Shown piece after piece: positions 8,789 through 20,167 of a stretch of 64,000 nt of DNA. The notes beneath the pieces are model-generated. The model ran no database searches, was not told where the DNA came from, and saw only the letters and a program-made list of their open reading frames with translations. Positions within the stretch are counted from its first letter, which is position 1; every line of letters begins with the position of its first letter. The stretch comes from Candidatus Marinacidobacterium sp. (GTDB taxonomy: Bacteria; Acidobacteriota; Vicinamibacteria; Marinacidobacterales; Marinacidobacteraceae): the NCBI GenBank assembly GCA_965204755.1, contig OZ242011.1, forward strand, positions 256,001-320,000, written 5' to 3'. The position numbers and the translations under genes were made by a program.

Positions 8789-10459
8789 CTAACGGTTCCC
8801 GGGTTTCGGCCAGTCGTGGTCCGGGGAGTCCTCGAGGAAGAGCGGCATCGGCGGCGGGGGGAGGCCCTGCTCGGCGCGGGCGGCGCGGACCGTCTCGCGC
8901 ACATCGGTGAGCAGTTTCCGCGCGTCGTACACGATGCCGTCCTTGACCACATAGCGGATCGAGCCGATGCGCTCCGTGCGTCCGGTCTCGTGGTTCAGCC
9001 GGATCGTGCCGGTGCCGTAGAGCACCTTCAGGTTCTGCAGCGGGTTCTCTTCGAGGATCACGAAGTCCGCCAACTTCTCTTCCTCCACGCTGCCGAGCCG
9101 GTCTTCGATCCCGAGCACTTCCGCGCCCTTGAGCGTGGCCGACTGGATGACTTCGAGCGGGTGGAAGCCGGCTTCCTGGAACAGTTCGAGTTCCTGGACG
9201 AAGCCGAAACCGTAGAGGTTGAAGGTGTACCCGGAATCACTGCCGACGGAGACGCGCCCGCCCCGGTTCTTGAACTCGTTCACGAAGGCCATCCACAGCC
9301 GGTAGTTCTCCTTCCAATTCAGTTCCACCTGCGTCGTCCAGTCGAAGAAGTACGAGGCGTGGTTCTCCGCGTTCGGGCGGTAGAACTCCCACAGGTTCGG
9401 ATGGGTATAGACCGAATGCCATTCGTTCCGCTGCTGGCGCATCAGGTCGCGGGTGCCGATGTAGGCGACCCAAGTCGGGTGGATCGAGAAGTCGAGTTCC
9501 AGCAACTCGTTCATCACCGCGTTCCAGTGGTCGGAGAACGGCGGCGCGGCCTGCGCCCAGAGCCGGCCCGCTTCGGTGAAGCGGTGGTACTCGTTGTAGT
9601 AGTTGTATTCCGTCGGATAGTGCTGGATGCGCCGGTCGGTGAAGAGCGCCTCCGGCAACCCGTACCAGTGGGTCATCGAAGTGAGCCCGGCGCGCGCGGT
9701 TTCGAGCGCGTTCATTCCCGCCACATCGAGTTGGGCGTGGTGCGCCGTGGAAAGGAGCCCCTGGGTCGCCGCCTCGTCGAGCGCCGCCCGGAAGATGCGC
9801 GGCGCCGCGCCGAAGAACTTGATGCCGTCCGCGCCCTGTTCCTTCACCCACTGCACCCAGCGCCGGGCGGCATCCGGATTCGTCACCGGTTCCTCGCCGT
9901 CCCGGCCGAACACCACGAAGGTCTGCATCCGGGGCGAGGTGATCTCGTTGTTCCAGGCGCGGCGCGCGTGGTGGATCAGCCATTTCGTGTTGAAGTTGCC
10001 CACATCGCCGCCGGCGGTGATCCCGTGCGCCATCCACAGTTTGTGGATGTACTCGGTCGGCACTCCCTGCCCTTCGCCCTCGTTGTGCTGGTGGAGGTGC
10101 GTGTCGACGAAACCGGGCAGGAGGTAGTGCCCGGAGAGGTCCATCTCGTGGTCACCCGGTCGGGCGCGCGGCCGGTCCTCTTCGTGGATGGGAGTCACCG
10201 GGGTCCCCACCACCCGGATCTCCCGGATGATGTTCCCCTCGACGATGATGTCGGCCGGGCCGTACGGAGGCGCCCCGGTGCCGTCTATGACGGTGACGCC
10301 GCGCAGGATGAGCCGGTCCCAGGGGCCTTCCCCGTCGGTGCGGTCGGGCACCGGGAACGGCATCTCCTCGGTCTCCTGCGCGAAGAGCGGCGAAGCGGCG
10401 AGGGCGAGTCCCGCGAAGAGGAACGGGGCGACGGTGAGGGCGGTTCGGGCGAAGCGCAT
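8789..10459 (-). CDS. Secreted metal-dependent amidohydrolase
   Basis: ATG 10459; signal peptide ending LFAQ; LLPGFVDTHLH, VGSDSG, ATLKGAEVLG, GSVEEEKLADFVIL. Confidence 0.85.
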   Translation of the reverse strand: MRFARTALTVAPFLFAGLALAASPLFAQETEEMPFPVPDRTDGEGPWDRLILRGVTVIDGTGAPPYGPADIIVEGNIIREIRVVGTPVTPIHEEDRPRARPGDHEMDLSGHYLLPGFVDTHLHQHNEGEGQGVPTEYIHKLWMAHGITAGGDVGNFNTKWLIHHARRAWNNEITSPRMQTFVVFGRDGEEPVTNPDAARRWVQWVKEQGADGIKFFGAAPRIFRAALDEAATQGLLSTAHHAQLDVAGMNALETARAGLTSMTHWYGLPEALFTDRRIQHYPTEYNYYNEYHRFTEAGRLWAQAAPPFSDHWNAVMNELLELDFSIHPTWVAYIGTRDLMRQQRNEWHSVYTHPNLWEFYRPNAENHASYFFDWTTQVELNWKENYRLWMAFVNEFKNRGGRVSVGSDSGYTFNLYGFGFVQELELFQEAGFHPLEVIQSATLKGAEVLGIEDRLGSVEEEKLADFVILEENPLQNLKVLYGTGTIRLNHETGRTERIGSIRYVVKDGIVYDARKLLTDVRETVRAARAEQGLPPPPMPLFLEDSPDHDWPKPGNR

Positions 10460-10542
10460 GTTCGGTGTCCTCCGTGAACGATCCGAGGGAAGGCAGCCGG
10501 GCAGTATCCCATACGCCCGGCGGCCCGGCGCCGGCGCCGGAC

Positions 10543-11331
10543 TCATGCGGCCAGCCGGTCGAGGCGCAGGCGGTGGCGGTCGTCGAAGAGCCGCCGGGCG
10601 ACCACCCGGACCGCGAGCAACACGCCGAACCCGGTTCCGGCGGCGATCAGGAACAGGATCAGGACTTGGTAGCGCACCGCTTCGAGCGGCGCCGCGCCGG
10701 CGAGGATCTGCCCGGTCATCATGCCGGGCAGGCTGACGATCCCGGCGGCGGCCATGGCGTTCAGGATGGGGATCAGGCCCGCCCGCGCCGCCTCGCGCCG
10801 AAGGTCGGAGGCCGCCTCCTCCCGGGTCTCGCCCAGCAGGAGCCGCTGTTCGATGACTTCCCGCTCGCGGACGAGGCTCTCGGTGAGCCGCTCGACCGAG
10901 AGCGCGATCCCGTTCATGGTGTTCCCGAGCACCATGCCGAGCAGGGGGACGGCGAGGCGGGGCTCCCACCAGGGCGAGGGGCCGAGCAGCAGGGCGAGGG
11001 CGAACAGGGTCACCGTGAACGAGGAGACGAACATCGCCCCCGCCCCGACGAGGTAACCCCAGCGCCCCCGGAGCGGACGGGGTTGGCGGCGCCGCACCTC
11101 CCGCGCCGCCACCGCCAGCATGACCGCCGCCGCCGCCGCCACCCACCAGCCGCTCTCCACCGCGAAGAGCAGCCGCAGAACGAGGCCGAGGAGCAGCAAC
11201 TGCCCGCCGCTCCGGACCGCGAGCCACGCCAAACTCCGGGAGACCCCGAGCCGCTCCCGCCAGGCCGCGGCGGCGAGCAGGAGGACCAGGCCGGCCGCCG
11301 CCAGCAGGTCGAACGCGGTGAGCGGGATCAC
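10543..11331 (-). CDS. fetB: Iron-export ABC permease FetB/YbbM (UPF0014)
   Basis: QLLLLGLVL, PLLGMVLGNTMN, IEQRLLLGET, GIVSLPGMMTGQILAGAAPLEAVRYQ; GTG overlaps upstream TGA. Confidence 0.85.
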   Translation of the reverse strand: MIPLTAFDLLAAAGLVLLLAAAAWRERLGVSRSLAWLAVRSGGQLLLLGLVLRLLFAVESGWWVAAAAAVMLAVAAREVRRRQPRPLRGRWGYLVGAGAMFVSSFTVTLFALALLLGPSPWWEPRLAVPLLGMVLGNTMNGIALSVERLTESLVREREVIEQRLLLGETREEAASDLRREAARAGLIPILNAMAAAGIVSLPGMMTGQILAGAAPLEAVRYQVLILFLIAAGTGFGVLLAVRVVARRLFDDRHRLRLDRLAA

Positions 11332-11966
11332 GGCGCGCCCGACGCCCGCGTCCCGTCCGACGCCCGTATCGCGCGGTCCCCGGCGGCGGCCACCCTCCCC
11401 TCCGGGAGCAGCAGCGTCCGGCGGGCGAGCCCCCCGGCGGCCTCGTCGTGCGACGCCCAGACCGCGGCGCCGCCCCGCTCGCGCAGGAACGCCTCCACCC
11501 GCCGCCGCAGCCGCTCCCGGTTCTCCCGGTCCAGGTTCGCCCCGGGCTCGTCGAGCAGCAGCGCCTCCGGCCCGCGGGCCAGCAGGCGCAGGAAGGCGAC
11601 GCGGGCCTTCTCCCCGGTGGAGAGCCGGGCGGGCGGCGCGTCCGCGATCCCCGGGTCGAGTCCGAGCGCGGCGAACTCGGCCGGCGCCGGCGGCGCCGGG
11701 AAGTGCGACGCCACCGTCGGGCCCCAAAAGCGCGGCTCCGCCGGGAGGAGTCCCACCCGCCGGCGCCACTCCGGCGCCGGAACCGCGGCCCGCGGCTCAC
11801 CCCCGAGCCGGACCGCGCCCTCCGCGGGGTCGAGGTCGGCGAGCGCCCTCAGCAGCCGGGTCTTCCCGGCGCCGGACGGCCCGGAAACGGCCAGCGCCTC
11901 CCCGGGCGCGACCTCGAAGTCGAGCGGCGGCAGCCCCGGAATCCGCAGGTCCCGAACGACCAACAC
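11328..11966 (-). CDS. fetA: ABC transporter ATP-binding protein (FetA/YbbL-like)
   Basis: GPSGAGKT, LSTGEK, LLLDEP, SHD; adjacent to fetB. Confidence 0.8.
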   Translation of the reverse strand: MLVVRDLRIPGLPPLDFEVAPGEALAVSGPSGAGKTRLLRALADLDPAEGAVRLGGEPRAAVPAPEWRRRVGLLPAEPRFWGPTVASHFPAPPAPAEFAALGLDPGIADAPPARLSTGEKARVAFLRLLARGPEALLLDEPGANLDRENRERLRRRVEAFLRERGGAAVWASHDEAAGGLARRTLLLPEGRVAAAGDRAIRASDGTRASGAP

Positions 11967-12064
11967 GACAGCGGGATCGCGCGCGACCCGGCGGCCCGCC
12001 GGAGCCGCTCTCCCGCTGCCCCGCCGCCGCCCGCCCGCGGCGGAAGGCCGGGGCCCCGGGCGGC

Positions 12065-12867
12065 TCAGAGCCGCCAGATGACGAGCAACTGGACGGTGTT
12101 TTCCGTGTTCTTCGTGGAGAGTTTGTTGCCCCAGAACTGGTACTCGATCCGAGGAACAGGTTGTTTCCTTCGCCGTTCAGCGCCTTGCTCACATCCCAGG
12201 TGAGTTGCGGCTGCGTGAAGAACCACGCCTCCTGCGCGGCGCCGGCCGCGTTCGTCGTCGGGCCGGTGTATTCGGCGTGACCGGTGAACAGGAAGGTCTG
12301 GCTGCCGAGGTCGAAACTCGCCCCCCAGTTCACATCGAAGACGAACGCCGGGTCGTTCTTCGGGACGATCCCGCCGTCGGTATCGAACGCCACCATGAAG
12401 TCGGTGTTCACGAAGAAGAAGCCCGGCACATCCCAGGACGCGCGGACGCCGGGGAGCACCTTGAGGATGTCCGAATCCGTCTCCAGGTTGAAACCGCCGA
12501 TCAACTGGATGTCGCGGATCGGGCCGCCGCCGACCGTGGTCCCGGTCAACTTGGAGAGGCTCAGCGTGGGATACCACTCGCCGTAGATCGTCCGGTCGTT
12601 GAAACCGTCGCGGAGGTCGTCGCCGAGGATGTCGAGGAAGAAGAAACTCTCGCCGTGCGACCAGAACGCGGCCTGCTGGATGGTCAGGATGCGGGTGGTG
12701 GTCTCCTCGCCGGAGAACGGGTTGAGGAGGCGCCCGTACTGGAACTGGAACTCGGTCTGCGCGGCGGCGCCGACCGGGAGGGCGAGCGCGGCGGCGGCGA
12801 ACAGGAGGGCCGCCGCGCGCGGCGCGGCCCGCCTCGGGCGGGGGTCTTCGTGGGGGAACGGGGCCAT
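12065..12867 (-). pseudogene. Tsx/OmpK-like outer-membrane nucleoside channel, frameshifted near 12150
   Basis: Frame 1 gives signal peptide + QYGRLLNPF...YGEWYPTLS...FFTQPQLTWDV..LFLG; another frame gives IEYQFWGNKL...VQLLVIWRL*; CTC GG ATC lacks one base. Confidence 0.75.
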
Positions 12868-12974
12868 CGGCGGAGCGCCTCCTCGGAGCCCCTATTGTAG
12901 GAATTTTTCGCCCCGGCGCCCGCCCCGCGCGGCGGCGTTCGGCCCCCGCCCCCCGCCGTACACTGCCCGGCGCC

Positions 12975-13936
12975 GTGGGCCCCGTCGAACTCCTCCGCTG
13001 CGCCGCCGGCGGAGTCCTCGCCGGGCTCGCCAACCTGGCGCCGGGAGTGAGCGGCGGCACCATGATCCTGGCGGTCGGGATCTACCCCCGGATCATCGCC
13101 GCCGCCGCGGAAGTGGCCGCCTTCCGGTTCCGGCGTTCCTCGCTCCTCCCGCTCGGGGCGGTGGTCGGCGGCGCGCTGTGCATGGTGGTCCTGCTGGCCG
13201 GGGCGATCCGGGACCTGTTCCTCGCCCGGCCGACGCCGCTGTTCAGCCTGTTCGCCGGGCTCACCCTCGGCGGAGCGCCGCTCCTTTGGAGGATGGCCGG
13301 GCCGGAGCGCCGTCCGATCTACTTCGTTGCCGCCGGCGCCGGCTTCCTCGCCGCCGCGCTTCCCACGCTCGCCGCGGCCGGCGCCCCGGAGGCGGGCGCC
13401 GCCGGCGTGGAGGCGTCCGCGGGAGCGCTGCTGCTCGGAGGCGCCGCCGCCGCCTTCGCGATGGTCCTGCCCGGGATCAGCGGCAGTTACCTGCTGCTCC
13501 TGCTCGGCCTCTACCTCCCCTACCTCGACGCCATGGACGGCGTCCGGGCGGCCCTCGCTTCGGGTTTCCGGCCGGCGGAACTCCTGGCCGCCGGGCTCCG
13601 CGCCGCGCCGTTCTTCGTCGGCGTCGCGCTCGGCGTCGCCGCCGCCGCCCGGCTCGTGCGACACTTCCTCACCCGTCGGCGGCAGCCGACCCTCGGGCTC
13701 CTGCTCGGGTTGCTCCTCGGCGCGGTAGTCGGGCTCTGGCCCTTCCGTTCGGCGAGCGGCCTCCGCTTCGACCCGGACGGCGGTGACCTCGCCGCCGCCG
13801 GGGCGTTCACCGCCCTCGGTTTCGCGCTCGCTTGGGCCCTCGGACGGCTGCAGCCGGAGAACGCGCCGCCCGACCGGGACCATTCCCCCCGCATTCCCGA
13901 CCGCCCGAACGGCGGAGAAAGGCCCCGCACCCCTTC

Positions 13937-13940
<4 letters not shown>
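12975..13940 (+). CDS. DUF368 membrane protein (undecaprenyl-phosphate translocase family)
   Basis: [21 protein letters not shown] and [19 protein letters not shown] re-entrant motifs. Confidence 0.88.
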
Positions 13941-15427
<1,487 letters not shown>

Positions 15428-15437
15428 GTCCGCTCCG

Positions 15438-16646
15438 GTGGCGAACGAAGAGCCGGCGGCGCCGCCGGTCCGGGAAGAGCCGGGCGGCGCCGAAACGCCG
15501 GGGGCGGGCGACCCGCCCTCCGGGCCGCGCCCCGGCGCCGCTTCCTCCGGAGCGCCGGCGACGGCGCTCGTCATCCTCTCCACCGCGGTCATCGCCGGGG
15601 CGGTCGGCGGCGCGCTCTACCTCCTCTACCGGTTCGTCGCCGCGTTCTCGCTGGTCCTGCTGCCGCTCGCCGTCGGGGCGCTGGCGGCGATGGTCTTCCG
15701 CCCCTGGTTCCTCGCCTTCCGCCACCGGCTGCGGCTGCCGGCCTGGGCGGCGCTCGTCGCGGTGTACCTCTCCGTGGGGGCGCTCGCCGCCGGTTTCCTC
15801 TATGTCTTCGGGCGGCTGATCACCGCGCAACTCGGCGACCTCCTGCGGCAGGCGCCGGAGGCGATCGCCGCCGCGTACCGCTGGATCGTCGCCGAGGCCC
15901 CCGGCGCGGTGGAGTTCCTCGAGAACCACCCCGCCGGCCGGCGCCTCCGCGACCTGGTCCTGAGCCGCCAGGACGCCATCCTCGAGGGGGTCGCCCGGCT
16001 CGGCGAAACCGTCTTCGCCGCCGGCGCCGGAATCGTGCGCGGCGTCGTGCACCTGCTCGCCTGGGCGGTGCTGCCGCTGTACTTCAGTTACTTCCTGGTG
16101 GCCGATCCCAAACAGGTGAAGTCGGAAGTCTTCCTCCCGTTCCTGAAACCCCGGACGCGGGAAACGGTGGAACTGCTCGTCCGCACCTTCGTGCGCAAAC
16201 TGGTGACCTTCTTCCGCGCCCAGTTGGTCGTGGCGGCGCTTCAGGGCCTGTTGCTCGCGATCGGGTTCACCGTGATCGGTCTCGACTACGGGTTCGTCAT
16301 CGGCCTGTTCCTGGGTTTCCTCACGATCATTCCCTACCTGGGGAGCGTGGTGGGTTTCCTGCTCGCCGTTCCGCTCGCGCTCTCGCAGGCGGACGGCGGG
16401 CTCTGGCTCGCCGCGCTCGCCGCCGGCGTCCTCGCCGCCGTGCAACTCATCGAGGGTTGGGTGCTCACCCCGCGCATCATGGGCAGCCAGACCGGACTCC
16501 ACTGGATGACCATCATCGTCGCGGTCCTGTTCTGGAGCAGCGCGCTCGGCGGCCTGACCGGCGCGCTGCTCGCCATACCCCTGACCGCCTTCGCCGAAGC
16601 CGCCTGGGAACAGGTCCGCAAACGCCACCTCGCCCCGGCGGCGTAA
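15438..16646 (+). CDS. AI-2E family transporter (UPF0118)
   Basis: Multi-TM; IIPYLG, QLIEGWVLTPRIMG, GALLAIPL. Confidence 0.88.
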   Translation: MANEEPAAPPVREEPGGAETPGAGDPPSGPRPGAASSGAPATALVILSTAVIAGAVGGALYLLYRFVAAFSLVLLPLAVGALAAMVFRPWFLAFRHRLRLPAWAALVAVYLSVGALAAGFLYVFGRLITAQLGDLLRQAPEAIAAAYRWIVAEAPGAVEFLENHPAGRRLRDLVLSRQDAILEGVARLGETVFAAGAGIVRGVVHLLAWAVLPLYFSYFLVADPKQVKSEVFLPFLKPRTRETVELLVRTFVRKLVTFFRAQLVVAALQGLLLAIGFTVIGLDYGFVIGLFLGFLTIIPYLGSVVGFLLAVPLALSQADGGLWLAALAAGVLAAVQLIEGWVLTPRIMGSQTGLHWMTIIVAVLFWSSALGGLTGALLAIPLTAFAEAAWEQVRKRHLAPAA

Positions 16647-16684
16647 ACCGACTCCCCCGATCCCGACCTCCGGGACCCGGGGAA

Positions 16685-18043
16685 TCAGGAGCCGAGGACT
16701 TCCGAAACCGCCCCGGAAACCGCGTCCACGATCCGGTCGAGGTCCTCCGGCGTGGAGCAGACCGGCGGCGCGCAGACGAAGACATCCCCGCGCACCCGGC
16801 TGAACACGCCGCGCCGGTCCACCGCGGCGAGCAGGCGCGGCCCGACCTTCTCCTCCGGAGGGAAGAGTTCGCGGGTCGCGCGGTCGCGGACGATCTCGAC
16901 GCCGGCCATGAGCCCCTTGCCGCGCACTTCGCCCACCTGCGGGTGGCCGGACAGCGCTTCGGTCAGGTTCCGCAGCAGGGTTTCCCCCTTCTCCGCCGCG
17001 CGCTCCACCAAACCCTCCTCCGCGATGATGCGGAGGTTTTCGAGCGCGACCGCGCAGGTGACCGGGTGGCCGCTGTAGGTATAGGCGTGCATCCATACCG
17101 GGTCGCCGGCGAGCACCGTCTCCGCCACGCGGTCGGAGAGGCCGATGCCGCCGAGCGGGAGGTATCCCGAAGTGATTCCCTTGGCGAACTGGAAGATGTC
17201 CGGCTCGACCCCCCAGTGCTCGAGTCCGAACATGGTTCCGGTCCGGCCGAAGCCGGTGATGACCTCGTCCGAGACCAGGAGGACTTCGTGGCGGTCGCAG
17301 ACTTCGCGGACGAGCGGGAAGTAGTCGTCCGGGGGAACGATGACGCCGCCCGCGCCCTGCACCGGCTCGGCGAGGAACATGGCGACCGTGGACGGCCCTT
17401 CCTCCCGGATCGCGAGGTCGAGTTCGTCGGCGGCGGCTTCGCCCGGAGTCCTGCCTTCCGGCGGGTCGCGGAAGTACGGGTACGGCGAGGGGATGTGCCG
17501 GAAACCGGGAACGCGCGGCTCGAACATCGGCCAGTAGGCGCTCATGCCCGTCGCGCTCATCGCGGCGAGGGTGACCCCGTGGTAACCCCATACCCGCGAG
17601 ATCACCTTCACTTTCTCCGGTTTCCCGACCGCCTTCCAGTAGTAGCGCGCGGTCTTGATGCTGGAGTCGGTGGCTTCGCCGCCGCCGGAGGTGAAGAAGA
17701 ACCGGTTCACCGAGGGGTAGGCGATCTCCGCCAGGGTTTCGGCGAGCCGGATGGCGTTCGGGTTCGTGCTCCCGGCGTACCCGGAGGCGTACGGCAACTC
17801 GCGCATCTGCTCCGCCGCCCGGTCGGCGAGTTCCCGGCGCCCGTGCCCGACGAAGACATTCCAAAGCCCGGAGAGCGCGTCCACATACTCCCGCCCGTCG
17901 GCGTCGTAGAGGCGCGCCCCCTCGCCGCGCACCCAGCAGTGCCCGCCGGCGACCGCGGGGACGCTGTGGATCGGGTGGATCAGGTGCTCGGCGTCCCGCG
18001 CCAGCAACGCCGCCTTGGCGGATTCGGTCATGGATTCGGTCAT
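16685..18043 (-). CDS. Class-III PLP aminotransferase (omega-amine:pyruvate type)
   Basis: YVDALSGLWN, SGGGEA, GYHG, AEPVQGAGG, DEVITGFGRTG, AKGITSGY, YTYSGHP. Confidence 0.92.
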   Translation of the reverse strand: MTESMTESAKAALLARDAEHLIHPIHSVPAVAGGHCWVRGEGARLYDADGREYVDALSGLWNVFVGHGRRELADRAAEQMRELPYASGYAGSTNPNAIRLAETLAEIAYPSVNRFFFTSGGGEATDSSIKTARYYWKAVGKPEKVKVISRVWGYHGVTLAAMSATGMSAYWPMFEPRVPGFRHIPSPYPYFRDPPEGRTPGEAAADELDLAIREEGPSTVAMFLAEPVQGAGGVIVPPDDYFPLVREVCDRHEVLLVSDEVITGFGRTGTMFGLEHWGVEPDIFQFAKGITSGYLPLGGIGLSDRVAETVLAGDPVWMHAYTYSGHPVTCAVALENLRIIAEEGLVERAAEKGETLLRNLTEALSGHPQVGEVRGKGLMAGVEIVRDRATRELFPPEEKVGPRLLAAVDRRGVFSRVRGDVFVCAPPVCSTPEDLDRIVDAVSGAVSEVLGS

Positions 18044-18067
18044 GGGGCGCTCCTTCCGCGCGGGGCG

Positions 18068-19048
18068 TCAGCGGCCCGCGGCCGCGCGCCCGACCGGGAG
18101 CGCGTCCGGCGAAGTCACGATGAACACCCGGAACCCCTGCTCGATGCGCCCGGCGATGTCGTCCGGCCCGGCGGTGATGCCGCAGGGGACGCCGGCCTCG
18201 AGACAGGCCGCGAGAACCCGCTGGATGGCCTCTTCCACCGCCTCCGGGTCGCCGTCGTAGGCCCGCCGCAGGTCCCCGGGCCCCGGGAAGGCCACGCCCA
18301 CGCCCGGCGCGGACACGATCTCCAAGGCGTTCTCGACGCCCACCCGGTCTTCGATCAGGATCATGCTGACGAGTTCGCCGTCCCCGGCGAGCGGCCAGAG
18401 GTCCGCCCGCGCCTCGTACTCCTCCGGGGAGACGCCGAACACCCGCGCCGCCTCCGGCGAGGGCGCCGGCCTCGACCCGCCGACCCGGGCCGGCCGCATG
18501 GAAGCCACCGCGTGCCGGGCCTCGTCCGCGGTTTCCACATGCGGGAACACGATGGCGTAGGCGCCGGCGTCGAGCCCGGCCGCCGTCCGCTCCCGGGCCT
18601 CCTCCCGCCCGTCTCGGATCGGCGGGATGCGCAGCGCCACCGGATGGGGATTCACGGCGCCCCGGCCCGCCGGAGGCGAGAGCGCCTCCTGGTAGGCCGA
18701 CATGGCGGGCAGGTCGAAGGGCCCGGTCTCCAGGGAGTAGAAGACGAAGTCGGCGAGCGCTTGCCCGGCCATCCGCCGCGCGCTCTCCTCGGTGCGCTCC
18801 CCGGAGAAGATGCCGAACACGACTTCCCCTTCGGCGAGCAGGGCGGCGATCCGGTTCCACTGCGGGCCGGCCCCGCCGGGCGCGGAGGCGGAAGACGCAT
18901 CCGAAGCCGGCGCCGGGGACTGCGCCTCCCCGCCGCCCGGCGCGCCGCAGCCCGCCGCGGCGAGGGCGGCGAGCATGGCCGCCGCCGGACGCAACCGGTC
19001 GGGGACGCGGAACGGGCCGGGATTCGCGGTCTGCATTCGGTGGTTCAC
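18068..19048 (-). CDS. HpcH/HpaI aldolase/citrate-lyase family protein, probable lipoprotein
   Basis: LDAGAYAIVFPHVETADEA, ILIEDRVGVEN, FPGPGDL; LAAAGC lipobox. Confidence 0.8.
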   Translation of the reverse strand: MNHRMQTANPGPFRVPDRLRPAAAMLAALAAAGCGAPGGGEAQSPAPASDASSASAPGGAGPQWNRIAALLAEGEVVFGIFSGERTEESARRMAGQALADFVFYSLETGPFDLPAMSAYQEALSPPAGRGAVNPHPVALRIPPIRDGREEARERTAAGLDAGAYAIVFPHVETADEARHAVASMRPARVGGSRPAPSPEAARVFGVSPEEYEARADLWPLAGDGELVSMILIEDRVGVENALEIVSAPGVGVAFPGPGDLRRAYDGDPEAVEEAIQRVLAACLEAGVPCGITAGPDDIAGRIEQGFRVFIVTSPDALPVGRAAAGR

Positions 19049-19389
19049 GGGGCGCCTCGAGGCCGGGTGGAGGGGCGCCCGACCGCTGCTATCGTACCCG
19101 GCTCGCCCGCGCCGGAACGGCTGAAGAAGAGCGCGTCACGCGTTCCGGAAACGGGCGCCCGGAGGAGTCCGGGAGCCGCCGGAGCGGCCCCGCCCGGGAG
19201 TTCGCGGGCGAGGCGGAAACCGCCTCCCGGCGGCGCGGGAGGCCGGCCGGCGCCGCCCGGTCCGCTTCGTCGGCGCCCCTCCCCGCTCCCTCTCCCGCTT
19301 CGCGCGGTCGGCCCGCTCCGACCGGCGATTCGGGGCACACCGGTTCGTTTCGATCCGCCCACCCGTCCTTCGACAAGGAGACACCTCCC

Positions 19390-19890
19390 ATGGCCACCGT
19401 CAACCTCCACGGCGACCCCTGCGCCATTTCCGGCGACCTTCCCCGCGTCGGCGAGCCCGCGCCGTCCTTCAGCCTCACCGGCAGCGACCTCGCCGACCTC
19501 ACGCTGGCCGACTTCGCCGGCAAGCGCCTCGTGCTGAACATCTTCCCCAGCGTGGACACGCCGGTCTGCGCGACTTCCGTCCGGCGTTTCAACGAAGAGG
19601 CCGCCGCGCTCCCCGATACGGAAGTCCTCTGCGTCTCCCGCGACCTGCCGTTCGCGCAGGCGCGGTTCTGCGCCGCCGAGGAACTCGAGCGGGTGCGGTG
19701 CGCCTCGGAGATGCGCAGCGGCGCGTTCGGCGAGGCCTACGGCGTCCGCATCGTGAACGGCCCGCTGGCCGGACTCTTCGCCCGCGCCATCGTGGTGGTG
19801 GACGCCTCCGGCGCCGTCGCGCACTCGCAACTCGTTCCCGAAATCGCCGAAGAACCGGACTACGCCGCCGCCCTGGCCGCCGGCGCCTGA
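19390..19890 (+). CDS. tpx: Thiol peroxidase (atypical 2-Cys peroxiredoxin)
   Basis: FPSVDTPVCA, SRDLPFAQARFC, EEPDY; AAGGAG RBS upstream. Confidence 0.95.
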   Translation: MATVNLHGDPCAISGDLPRVGEPAPSFSLTGSDLADLTLADFAGKRLVLNIFPSVDTPVCATSVRRFNEEAAALPDTEVLCVSRDLPFAQARFCAAEELERVRCASEMRSGAFGEAYGVRIVNGPLAGLFARAIVVVDASGAVAHSQLVPEIAEEPDYAAALAAGA

Positions 19891-20167
19891 CAGCCCGCCT
19901 CGAACCCGACGGACCGCTCGGCGTTCGCCCCTCGGCGTTCGCCGCTCGCCGTTCGCCGCCGCCGCTCCACCCGGCGGAGGCGGTATCCTTTTCGATCCGC
20001 CGCCGCCCGGGGACGGGCCGGCCCGACCGCTCCGCCGCGACCCGCTCCACCGCTCCCGCGGGGCCGGCCGTCCCTCGAACCTTCCCAGACAGTCGAGACA
20101 TCATGCGCCGCCCAGACACCGCACCGCACCGGGCCTCCGAGAGCCGCGAGTCCCTCGCCGAGAAACC

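Noticed and set aside
19140-19335. GC-rich hairpins upstream of tpx with short matches to the 222-bp element (ggcgcccctcccc, cgcttcgcgc)
   Set aside because: Matches are short and not colinear; cannot be distinguished from chance, and no riboswitch motif recognised
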